Source of the DNA: Blastocatellia bacterium
Lineage (GTDB): Bacteria > Acidobacteriota > Blastocatellia > UBA7656
DNA length: 64,000 nt
Direction: 5' to 3'
Assembly: GCA_039648975.1 (NCBI GenBank)
Contig: JBBWZK010000069.1
Span: 4,428-68,427, forward strand
Both the position numbers and the translations under genes were made by a program. A model generated the notes under the pieces. The model ran no database searches. It had not been told where the DNA came from and was given only the letters and a program-made list of their open reading frames with translations. Shown piece after piece: positions 1 through 8,070 of the stretch. Every line of letters begins with the position of its first letter. The stretch's first letter is position 1.

Positions 1-56
1 TATCTCAAGGAAGGCAAAGCGAAGGTGTAAAGACTTCGCCACAGCACTATACACTA

Positions 57-82
57 GAGGGGCCTCCGCGCCCCTTTTTTTG
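57..82 (+). terminator. Intrinsic terminator after a truncated upstream ORF (stop codon at 28-30)
   Basis: GGGGC (59-63) pairs with GCCCC (70-74) around a 6-nt loop. A run of seven T follows (75-81). Confidence 0.6.
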
Positions 83-137
83 TTGTATCGGCGACAAGAA
101 AAGTTAGTGCGGCGAGGAAAATGCGCGAGTATAATTT

Positions 138-1118
138 ATGGACGATACTCAGATGTCCTTACGTAAGGAGACTTTAGACAATATGCCCGTATTTGACCTT
201 TACTCTAAACGGCAAAAGAAATTAAGGGGTGAAGTGCCGGACATTTATCAGTATGATGATATTCCGCGCGAGCTTCGAGTCCAAATTATCCATATATGGG
301 AGGATGCTTTTTCTAATAACTCTGGAGGTTACATTCAATACGGGAATGAGTTAGTGCATGAAGTCTATAGGCAAATAAATAACATTTTGTGTAGAGAGTA
401 TGGATTATTTGAACTCTTGGAAGATGCGGATTCTCAATATCGTGATGCCCTTGTGAGTTTTTTCCTTTCGTCAGGAACGGATAAAGCACTAGATATAATC
501 GAATTATCTTTTCGTTTTGTTGCCCTAGTTGCAGGAAGTTCTGATTATCAAGTAAGAGTCAGACCATTACTCAATCCCGATGAAGCCATTGAAGAGTTGA
601 ACCAGCGGTTTCGTGAGCAGGGCATTGGCTATCAGTTTGAATCAGACAAGTTAATACGTATTGATTCGCAGCTAATCCATGCAGAGGTTGTAAAGCCCGC
701 GTTGAACTTTTTGAGTGACGTACGGTTCAAAGGCGCAAATGAGGAGTATTTGAAAGCTCATGAGCACTATAGGCATAGAAGATATAAAGAATGTCTGAAT
801 GACTGCCTCAAAGCATTTGAGAGCACAATGAAGGCAATTTGTGACAAGCGTGGATGGACATACAGTCCGACCGATACGGCGAGCAAGTTGATTGATGTCT
901 GTTTCAAGAATGGTCTTATTCCATCACTCTTGCAAAGCGAATTCTCTGCATTACGGACGACGCTAGAGTGCGGAGTGCCTACGGTTAGGAATAAACTCGG
1001 CGGGCATGGTCAGGGGGCACAGCCGACAACCGTCCCAAGTTATCTGGCGAGTTACCTACTGCACCTGACTGCAACGAACATTCTGTTGCTGGTCGAAGCT
1101 GAGAAAGAATTACCGTAG
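138..1118 (+). CDS. AbiJ-NTD4 / HEPN-domain protein (abortive-infection type, STM4504/CBY_0614-like)
   Basis: The N-terminus YSKRQKKLRGEVPDIYQYDDIPRELRVQI matches my memory of the AbiJ N-terminal domain 4 signature. The C-terminus has an Rx4-6H HEPN motif, R-N-K-L-G-G-H-G (nt 987-1007). The gene is AT-rich relative to its flanks. Confidence 0.6.
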   Translation: MDDTQMSLRKETLDNMPVFDLYSKRQKKLRGEVPDIYQYDDIPRELRVQIIHIWEDAFSNNSGGYIQYGNELVHEVYRQINNILCREYGLFELLEDADSQYRDALVSFFLSSGTDKALDIIELSFRFVALVAGSSDYQVRVRPLLNPDEAIEELNQRFREQGIGYQFESDKLIRIDSQLIHAEVVKPALNFLSDVRFKGANEEYLKAHEHYRHRRYKECLNDCLKAFESTMKAICDKRGWTYSPTDTASKLIDVCFKNGLIPSLLQSEFSALRTTLECGVPTVRNKLGGHGQGAQPTTVPSYLASYLLHLTATNILLLVEAEKELP

Positions 1119-1133
1119 GCCAAGAGGACACTT

Positions 1134-2015
1134 ATGGCTGACGAGAACAAAATCCGTGATGCTGCCGACGCCGTGAAAGGTATTGTTGAAGCCGTGCCTG
1201 TTTATCAGGATGCGTTACAGCCTGCCGCGAAGGAGATAGGCGCTGCGCTCCAAAAAGTAACTAAGGCAATACACGTTGCGCTGGCTCCTATCTCGGCTCT
1301 TGTGTGGGGCTATGAAAAGATTGCGGAGTATCTTGATAAGGCGCTCACTGAAAAGTTGAAGAAAGTACCGCCTGAGCGAATTGTCATGCCAAGCCCCAGT
1401 GTGGCTGGCCCGACAATTGAGGCATTGCGGTTCGTAGCCCATGAACCTACCTTGCGCGAATTATATGCGAATTTACTCGCAACTGCTATGGACGCTGATA
1501 CAGCGATAAGCGCACATCCAGCATTTGTAGAAATAATCCGGCAGTTGACACCACATGAAGCGCGCTTGATTTCTCATATGGCTACCTCGTTGTTTAATCC
1601 AGTGCTTTCTGGAGGTATCTCGTTGTTGATTAATGAAGAGGAGGCTGTCATGGAGTTTAGGCATTATTCATTGTTAGACCAAGAAATAGGATTGGAGCAA
1701 GAAATACAAGGCTGGCCTATAGGTCTAACCCTTAGCTACTTAGATAATTTAATGCGCTTAGGACTCGCTGAAATTCTCCCGGCGGTCGAGCAAGGCGACA
1801 TATCTCAATCCAAATATCCCCTGATAGAAGAGCGCGCAAAAGCAGTCGTAACCAATATAGTATCCATGCAGGGAGCAGGAGGAGAGACAAAGGTGAGTTC
1901 ATTAGAGATTAAGGATATACGAACCAGCAAAGAGCTTATACGCCTCACTGCATTAGGCCACCAGTTCCACAGCGTATGCATGGGCAGTCCTGAAAGCAAT
2001 CAGGCAGAAAAATAA
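1134..2015 (+). CDS. Abi-alpha (DUF4393)-like protein
   Basis: Starts 15 nt after the HEPN gene on the same strand. The segment PSPSVAGPTIEALRFVAHEPTLRELYANLLATAMD resembles the conserved core I recall for DUF4393/Abi-alpha. This is a recollection, not a search result. Confidence 0.45.
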   Translation: MADENKIRDAADAVKGIVEAVPVYQDALQPAAKEIGAALQKVTKAIHVALAPISALVWGYEKIAEYLDKALTEKLKKVPPERIVMPSPSVAGPTIEALRFVAHEPTLRELYANLLATAMDADTAISAHPAFVEIIRQLTPHEARLISHMATSLFNPVLSGGISLLINEEEAVMEFRHYSLLDQEIGLEQEIQGWPIGLTLSYLDNLMRLGLAEILPAVEQGDISQSKYPLIEERAKAVVTNIVSMQGAGGETKVSSLEIKDIRTSKELIRLTALGHQFHSVCMGSPESNQAEK

Positions 2016-2052
2016 ATGCCTGAGTGAGAAAGGCAGAAACCCACTCAGGCAT
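2016..2052. terminator. Hairpin between convergent genes; works as an intrinsic terminator mainly for the minus-strand phage operon
   Basis: Perfect 11-bp stem ATGCCTGAGTG (2016-2026) / CACTCAGGCAT (2042-2052). On the minus strand TTTATTTTT follows it. There is no T-run on the plus strand. Confidence 0.5.
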
Positions 2053-2198
2053 AGCCGAGTGCAGCCTTGCCACACCCGACCCAATATAGCTCCCGCTTAC
2101 AATCTATAGCCCCCTATCAGATTCCAAGCGGGAGGCTTCACGTACAGCGAGTCTCGCACAGCCGCCCTACAAGCTGCCGCACGCCTCTAGCCGCACGC

Positions 2199-2552
2199 TT
2201 ATCTTCTTTCAAAGTCTTTCCTGACTGCGCTGAGTATCTGATTGAACAAGTCCCTCTCGCGTTGGACTTCCGCTTTGAAGTCTGCCCGCTGTTGAGCAAG
2301 CTCGGCCCGAAACTCGTCCCGTTGTTCGCGCATTAACGTGTGGTGTCGCTCATTAACTTTGTCGAGGGTTGTGCCAAAACTCTTTCGTTGAGCCTCAAGT
2401 TGAGCCGTGAAGTCTGCCGTGATTTTTGGGAGCAAGGTTTTGAAAACATAATAGACTAGCCAAGCGACCAGTGCGAACGAGCCGAAGTTTACGACCGTCT
2501 TTATCCACTCGGCCTCCCCTGCGGGCACTTGAAATAAAAAGAAAGCAAGCAT
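2199..2552 (-). CDS. Small membrane-anchored coiled-coil protein, last gene of the phage operon (possible holin/lysis or exclusion function)
   Basis: One hydrophobic helix (VVNFGSFALVAWLVYYVF) is followed by a charged helical tail. It lies downstream of the tail genes. There is no enzymatic motif. Confidence 0.4.
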   Translation of the reverse strand: MLAFFLFQVPAGEAEWIKTVVNFGSFALVAWLVYYVFKTLLPKITADFTAQLEAQRKSFGTTLDKVNERHHTLMREQRDEFRAELAQQRADFKAEVQRERDLFNQILSAVRKDFERR

Positions 2553-2633
2553 AAAAACTCCAGAATGTGAACGTGAGCAACTGCATCCTGCGGGCTTTGT
2601 AATCTAGGCAACTCTTATGGTTGCTTGGCGGAG

Positions 2634-3458
2634 CTAAGAATAGAATCCATCCGAGTGAGCAAGGTCAGAATGTGCGTCCACATGAGCCACATCACTGTGC
2701 GAGTCGCTGTGAGCGGCATCACTGTGCGCTGTATCCGTATGCGCCGCATCCGAGTGCGTGTCGCTATGGCCTGCATCCGTGTGCGAATCCGTATGCGCCG
2801 CATCCGTATGCGTGTCAGTATGTGAGTCCGAGTGAGCCGCATCGCTGTGAGCGGCGTCGCTGTGAGCAACATCTGTGTGGCTGTCCGTATGATTATCCGC
2901 GTGAAAGTCACTATGATGCGGCGGGTCGAAGTCGTCTGTGTGAGCATCACTATGAGTATCTGAATGCGAATCGCTGTGAGCCGCATCAGAGTGAGCAGCA
3001 TCCGAGTGCGCCGTGTCAGTATGCGTATCTGAATGCGAATCCGTATGAGCCGCATCGGTATGTGAATCACTATGGCCCGCATCACTGTGCGTATCGCTAT
3101 GAGCAACGTCACTATGCGCAACATCGCTGTGCGCCGTGTCAGTATGAGCATCGGTGTGCGCCGCATCGGTATGGGCATCTGCATGGGGACTGTCACTGTG
3201 ATTATCGTCAGCGGTGCGCGCTATCCCGCCAAAGATAATCCAGCCATGTGAGTATCTGCCGAGCAGCACAACCTCACCTGCGACGGGCCGGTAGCCACTC
3301 AGATATGGGAAGCCCTTGCTGGTCGCACCGCTCTCACCGTCAAAGATGACCGCAGGCAAACCTGTACCCGGATAGGCAGGGTCGATGCGAGCCTTTGCTA
3401 CTTCCAGTAGCCTGTCAGCTACTAGCTCCTGTGTAATTCCGATTATTTTTGAGGGCAT
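2634..3458 (-). CDS. Tail-tip/fibre protein: 85-aa N-domain plus ~185 aa of H-[S/T]-D repeats
   Basis: The ORF is open to 3473. The ATG at 3456-3458 sits 1 nt after the upstream stop (3460-3462), matching the tight coupling of neighbouring genes. The N-domain is paralogous to the preceding gene. The C-terminus is HSDxAHTDxA-type repeats. Confidence 0.6.
   Translation of the reverse strand: MPSKIIGITQELVADRLLEVAKARIDPAYPGTGLPAVIFDGESGATSKGFPYLSGYRPVAGEVVLLGRYSHGWIIFGGIARTADDNHSDSPHADAHTDAAHTDAHTDTAHSDVAHSDVAHSDTHSDAGHSDSHTDAAHTDSHSDTHTDTAHSDAAHSDAAHSDSHSDTHSDAHTDDFDPPHHSDFHADNHTDSHTDVAHSDAAHSDAAHSDSHTDTHTDAAHTDSHTDAGHSDTHSDAAHTDTAHSDAAHSDSHSDVAHVDAHSDLAHSDGFYS
2650..3205 (-). repeat. Imperfect 12-15-nt periodic coding repeat (His/Asp-rich)
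   Basis: About 60 H-S/T-D triplets in two blocks, split by DFDPPHHSDFHADN. The periodicity keeps several frames open on both strands. Confidence 0.85.
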
Positions 3459-3459
3459 A

Positions 3460-3708
3460 TTACGAATTGACAATCTTGCCGAGTATCACCCATGAGCGGC
3501 CATAACGAATCATTGCCACTTGGTCGCCGGGCGCAGGGTGATAACTGCTGAGATAGGTATAGCTCTTGGTCGTTGCAGAGGTTTCGCCATCAAAGACAAC
3601 GGTCGGGCGCAAGGAACCATCCCAGGCGGGATTGATGCGCGCCTGCCGAGTATTTGGCTCTGGCTTGCTGTCCACAATGATTTCAATAACCTTGCTTGCC
3701 TTGCTCAT
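3460..3708 (-). CDS. Small tail-tip protein, paralogue of the N-domain of 2634-3458
   Basis: ARINPAWDGSLRPTVVFDGETSATTKSYTYLSSYHPAPGDQVAMIRYGRSWVILGKI aligns with ARIDPAYPGTGLPAVIFDGESGATSKGFPYLSGYRPVAGEVVLLGRYSHGWIIFGGI. The ATG at 3706-3708 lies 2 nt after the upstream stop at 3711-3713. Confidence 0.6.
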   Translation of the reverse strand: MSKASKVIEIIVDSKPEPNTRQARINPAWDGSLRPTVVFDGETSATTKSYTYLSSYHPAPGDQVAMIRYGRSWVILGKIVNS

Positions 3709-3710
3709 CT

Positions 3711-6278
3711 CTACACCGTGACGATGCGACGGACACTGAGTTTCATCGTGCCGCCCGGACGCATGTCGATTTCCCATTCGAGGACTTCGTACCTTGCGCG
3801 AAGCCTGAACGGGTCAAACTCAAGGTAAATAGAATCGTTGTGGCCGAGCAGAGGCACGATGCCAACTTTCATATCAACTGACTCGTAAATCTGTGAGAGT
3901 TGGAAAAGGGTCTGAACCGCCAGTGCGTCGAGTGCCGTTTGGTCGGCGGCCTGTACGTCTTTGATGACGCGCACTATCTCGCGCCCCCGGCTCGGTATGC
4001 TCGTCGGTGATTCAGGGTTGTTGTTGCTCAACTCACTACGAAGCGGACTCGTTAGTTCCGGCTCGCTTACGATAAGGACGACTGTGTTGGGTACGCCGTA
4101 GGCATCGAGTTCTAATGTCGCCTCCGATTCAACGAGCGACATCTTGTCAGTCTTGAAAGAAAAGATAGGTGTTTGCTGCTGTGGATTCACCCATGCGAGC
4201 GCAATAAACAGGCCGTTCTCGTCAAAGTAATGCACGTAACTTATGGCGGCGCACAGGTCGTCAATGATTTGATAGATAGACGTGCCCGGCTCCCATTCGA
4301 GTGAAGTAGGCAGGGTCGATGTGGTGGCATCGATGTTGTAGCTCGTGATGCCTGCCGTTGCGAGTGCCGCCTTAATTGCTGTTACATAATTCGTGCCTGC
4401 GGCAACGTAGTAGCGGTTCTTTACAATGGTGTCGCCAAGCAGGTGATTGAGGTCGTAGCCATCTATTTGATAAGTAACAGTTCCGCCCGCCGTAGAGTTC
4501 GGGCGAGCGGTTGGTAATACGAATACACCCTGCGCAAACTCTATCCACTTCGAGTTGCTTGAACTTAGAAAGCGCAGGCTTATATCGTTCAGCGTAGGGG
4601 TCTGATTAGTGTTGCTCGTGGTCATGGTTACTTTGACCACAATCGACTTGCCCGCAAGATTGTCGCCAACACTCAGCCCCGGTACTGGCCCGCCGTTGGT
4701 TGCTCGTTGATAGCTGCCCGTGCCAACTTTCACATCAACCGCAAGCGTACAGGCCGCAGGCACGTCCGCATTCCACGAGATGAGGCTGCTCTTGAGATAA
4801 TCGGTAGGGCTGTTGTCCTTGACGGCGATATTGTCGAAGCGCCCGCCGTTGCCGCCGTCGCCGTGGACAGCGATATAGCCGCCGTTGTTGGCGAAGGTGT
4901 ATGTCCCGTAAGAGACACCATCGATGAAGCCCTCGACGGTCGTTGTGCCGATGATGAGCTTAACGTGATGCCATGCGCTCACGCTGACACTTGAGTAACC
5001 CGATGGAGATGACCAACTCGTCCAGCTACTCGTTGACGCAAATCCAGATGAGAGTCCCGCTCGACCTTCAATCCTGAACATCTGCCCGGCTCCGCTGGCG
5101 TTGCACATAAAATAGAAGTTAGCCAACGGGGTTCCCGGCAGCACATACACGTCAAACTCGATTGTCTGATTCGGCGCGACGCCGACGTTACGGTAGGCGT
5201 ACTGAGAAGTCAAAGCCTGAAGAGAGGGCGCAGGGTTGCCGTTCGAGGTATCAACCGTCGCGCTTACTGCCGTCCATTGAGATAAGGAGCCGCACGCATC
5301 AGGGCCATAGATATAAGTCGGGTCTATCGTCGCCGGGCTGAACTCAGGCGATACCCAGTTGCCGCTCGTGTTATAGGGTGCTGATGCACCGAGCGTGACT
5401 GTGCCGTTTGAGTTGGCTGTCACGCTCGTTAAAGTGCCGCTTTGAAAATCAGCCTGCGAGGTTGCCGTGTAGTTGGTCAGCGCGGGCATGAGCAACTTCA
5501 CGTAGGGCATCATGCGGCTGTTAAGAAAGTTGACCGTATCGCGGCTCGTACATGAGAAATACTGATAGTGGTCGTAGGCGGTCGCATTGTTACACCAGAT
5601 GCCGACGCCGCCCACAGCCGTGATGGATGTATCCGTAACGTCGATTACAAGTGCGCCGTTGAAGAAGGCTTTAAGACGCGAACCTTCAACCCTGAAGGCT
5701 ATTGTTGCTGTCGGGCCACTGCGCACAAACGTCGGGTCGGATGAGCCGAGAGCCGTCAGGGTGCCATTTAGTTTTCTCCACAAGATGAGGTTGTTTGTGG
5801 GGTTCTGCCCGCTGTCGTCCGAAACTGATAATAAATAAAAATTGTTCTGGTCTCGGAAGCGCGCAACCAGCCCGCCGTAATGCATCTGGTTAGACGCCAT
5901 CTCTAACTCAACATCTGTGTAGGTAAGCTGGTCGCGTATGTATTGGCAGTCAAACCCGTTCAGGCCGAGTAACTCACCGTTCGCGGTGTCCCATGTGAAA
6001 ACAGAGCTACCGTTGCCGTTGAGCACCCACTCCGCCGAATGGTCAAACTCGAACCGTTCAGTAAAGCCGAGGTCATCCTTATAGCTGGCCTTGAGCGTGC
6101 GGTTTATATCTCTGTCCTGTTTGCTGTAGCTGACCGTGAGCTTATCGATAGTCGTGATTTCTCGTTGCTTGACGTTGCTGCTGTTGAGCAAGTCAATCCT
6201 GAAATCAAGCTCGCGCCTTTCATCGAGTAGGGCGTCTATAATCTCTTGGTCGGTGTATCCGTTGCGAGCGATTATCAT
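3711..6278 (-). CDS. Large tail-tip / receptor-binding protein with two concanavalin/LamG-like lectin inserts
   Basis: 855 aa, positioned after the tape measure and distal tail genes. Two segments have jelly-roll-like patterns (..NNFYLLSVSDD..IAFRVEGSRLKAFFNGALV.. and ..FYFMCNASGAGQMFRIEG..WHHVKLIIG..). The start overlaps the upstream stop (TAATG). Confidence 0.55.
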   Translation of the reverse strand: MIIARNGYTDQEIIDALLDERRELDFRIDLLNSSNVKQREITTIDKLTVSYSKQDRDINRTLKASYKDDLGFTERFEFDHSAEWVLNGNGSSVFTWDTANGELLGLNGFDCQYIRDQLTYTDVELEMASNQMHYGGLVARFRDQNNFYLLSVSDDSGQNPTNNLILWRKLNGTLTALGSSDPTFVRSGPTATIAFRVEGSRLKAFFNGALVIDVTDTSITAVGGVGIWCNNATAYDHYQYFSCTSRDTVNFLNSRMMPYVKLLMPALTNYTATSQADFQSGTLTSVTANSNGTVTLGASAPYNTSGNWVSPEFSPATIDPTYIYGPDACGSLSQWTAVSATVDTSNGNPAPSLQALTSQYAYRNVGVAPNQTIEFDVYVLPGTPLANFYFMCNASGAGQMFRIEGRAGLSSGFASTSSWTSWSSPSGYSSVSVSAWHHVKLIIGTTTVEGFIDGVSYGTYTFANNGGYIAVHGDGGNGGRFDNIAVKDNSPTDYLKSSLISWNADVPAACTLAVDVKVGTGSYQRATNGGPVPGLSVGDNLAGKSIVVKVTMTTSNTNQTPTLNDISLRFLSSSNSKWIEFAQGVFVLPTARPNSTAGGTVTYQIDGYDLNHLLGDTIVKNRYYVAAGTNYVTAIKAALATAGITSYNIDATTSTLPTSLEWEPGTSIYQIIDDLCAAISYVHYFDENGLFIALAWVNPQQQTPIFSFKTDKMSLVESEATLELDAYGVPNTVVLIVSEPELTSPLRSELSNNNPESPTSIPSRGREIVRVIKDVQAADQTALDALAVQTLFQLSQIYESVDMKVGIVPLLGHNDSIYLEFDPFRLRARYEVLEWEIDMRPGGTMKLSVRRIVTV

Positions 6279-8068
6279 TACACTTCTTCTGAGTAGGCTG
6301 TACCAAGCAGGTCGATGCCGACCGTGTCATTGTTAAGCTCGTGATTGAAGGAGCGCGGGCGAGTGGTCAAAACGCCGAAGTAGACATCGCCGCGAGGGGT
6401 ACGGACGCAAAGGGTTGCCCTGCGCTCGACTAAAGCTGCGAAGCTATCCCACTTCGCTTCCGAGGTTGGAATCTCAAGGGTTATCTTGACGGACTTCTTC
6501 TTGGCTTTGCCCCATTCCGCAACGTCACCTTCGCGCCCTAGATAGCGTTTGAGAATGACTTCAGGCTCCCAGTTATCATCGACGCGAGCTTCGAAGCCTG
6601 CGAGATTGAGCGCGGTTGATTGCGCATTGCGAACGTCATGGAGCCATACCCCACTGAGCGTGTAGGTATTGCCGCTCGAAACGGTTGAATCCTGAATCGC
6701 GCCGTTGTCTCCGACCGCACGTACCTTGTAAGAGATTGCTTTGTTGCTCGGAGCCGTATAGTCACGATAGGTTGCGCCGCTTGTTATGCTCTTGGCGATG
6801 CGGGTGTATTTCGTCTCGCCCGCAACCATTCGGTAAACCTGATTCTCCGTGAGGTTCGGCTGCCCTCCGCTCGGCGTCGGGTTCGTGATGGCGATAGACA
6901 TATAGCCGCCGCTCGCTGTGGGCGTGACTGCGATTGTCGGTGTCGCCGGATTCGTGAGGTTGGTTGTTACTACACTCGAAGCCTCCGCACTCGTCACACC
7001 ATCGCTGTTTACGATTGAGACATAGTAGGTGTAAGCGGTATCGTCTGCGAGGACGACACTCGGCACAACGCTTGTCGCCGTACTGGTTACAACACCGCTG
7101 TCATAGGTTGAGGTGCCATCGCTTTTGACGATGCGAATGCGATACTTCACCTGCCCGCTGCTCGTCCAAGTGACGGTAGGCTGCGAGCTTGTAATCGTGC
7201 CCGTGGGAGCCGTGATGCTCGGCGTTGCTGCCGCATTGCCCGCCCGCACGGTCGTCTGAGCCGAGTACGGGCCGAGTGTTGATGTATCATCGCTGCTCGC
7301 TGTGCGTACTCGCCACTCTATGTCCTGTGCGCTGCCATAGGTGTTCGCGGGCAAATCGTAAAACTGACTACTCGTGGTCTGAGTTACCGTAGTCCATGAA
7401 CCTGCGCCAACCGCCCGATGCTGGAATTCAAAGGCTCCCTGCGACTTGCCGCCTGCGTCATTGTGCGTCCACGAGAACCGCTTAATTGCCGTCCTGTCGA
7501 ACGGCGTTGTCGGGCTGAGATTCGTCGGCGCGGAGATTCTGTGATAGGTGATGACGAGTCGCGGACTGGCACTCGTTGCCGACGTACCCGCCGTGAATGT
7601 CATGGTGGATTGCGTGCCGAAATTCTCTGTCCCGTTATTGAGGCGCAACCCGATGTAACCATTCTTGGGAATGTTCGAGATGTTCGAGAGCGTTAGCGTA
7701 TTGTCTGCACTCAGGGTGAATGAGGCTTGCGTGACAGTAAAGGCAAGCGAACCGACCGTCGCATTCCAGTCGGTTGTATCAATCGAGCCATCGTGTGTGT
7801 AGTAGCTGCCCTGAACGTTCGGGTCGGTGAGTCCGGTCGTGCGCGCCGTTGGCTTGATGGTCAGAAATGCCGACACAACAGTCGCATCTACAGGAAGCCC
7901 AACAAAGAAACGAAGAAAGGCTCGCCAAGCATAGTAAGACGAGCCTGAGATAAGTCCCGACTTGACTTGGATAACGTTCGCATCTACCTGAGAGGCTCCG
8001 CCGTCCGTCGTTGCTTCTATCGTTGCGTTGTCACTTGTTGCTGATTGATAGATTGTTACCTGAGACAC
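6278..8068 (-). CDS. Minor tail protein (distal-tail position) with fibronectin-III-like repeats
   Basis: 596 aa immediately after the tape measure gene. It has S/T-rich beta-sandwich repeats (..PTNLSPTTPFDRTAIKRFSWTHND.., ..PSITAPTGTITSSQPTVTWTSSG..). Confidence 0.5.
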   Translation of the reverse strand: MSQVTIYQSATSDNATIEATTDGGASQVDANVIQVKSGLISGSSYYAWRAFLRFFVGLPVDATVVSAFLTIKPTARTTGLTDPNVQGSYYTHDGSIDTTDWNATVGSLAFTVTQASFTLSADNTLTLSNISNIPKNGYIGLRLNNGTENFGTQSTMTFTAGTSATSASPRLVITYHRISAPTNLSPTTPFDRTAIKRFSWTHNDAGGKSQGAFEFQHRAVGAGSWTTVTQTTSSQFYDLPANTYGSAQDIEWRVRTASSDDTSTLGPYSAQTTVRAGNAAATPSITAPTGTITSSQPTVTWTSSGQVKYRIRIVKSDGTSTYDSGVVTSTATSVVPSVVLADDTAYTYYVSIVNSDGVTSAEASSVVTTNLTNPATPTIAVTPTASGGYMSIAITNPTPSGGQPNLTENQVYRMVAGETKYTRIAKSITSGATYRDYTAPSNKAISYKVRAVGDNGAIQDSTVSSGNTYTLSGVWLHDVRNAQSTALNLAGFEARVDDNWEPEVILKRYLGREGDVAEWGKAKKKSVKITLEIPTSEAKWDSFAALVERRATLCVRTPRGDVYFGVLTTRPRSFNHELNNDTVGIDLLGTAYSEEV

Positions 8069-8070
8069 TA

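Noticed and set aside
130-140. TATAAT hexamer at 130-135 as the promoter -10 for the HEPN gene
   Set aside because: It ends 2 nt before the ATG at 138, so the transcription start would fall inside the ORF. No suitably spaced -35 is present. It is probably chance in an AT-rich region.
2615-3238. Three additional long ORFs (193, 205 and 66 aa) on both strands across the His-rich repeat
   Set aside because: They exist only because the 12-15-nt periodic repeat lacks stops in several frames. Their products are pure low-complexity sequence (RTRM.., CEPH..) with no start context. The minus-frame protein continues from a real N-domain and is coupled to the tail operon.
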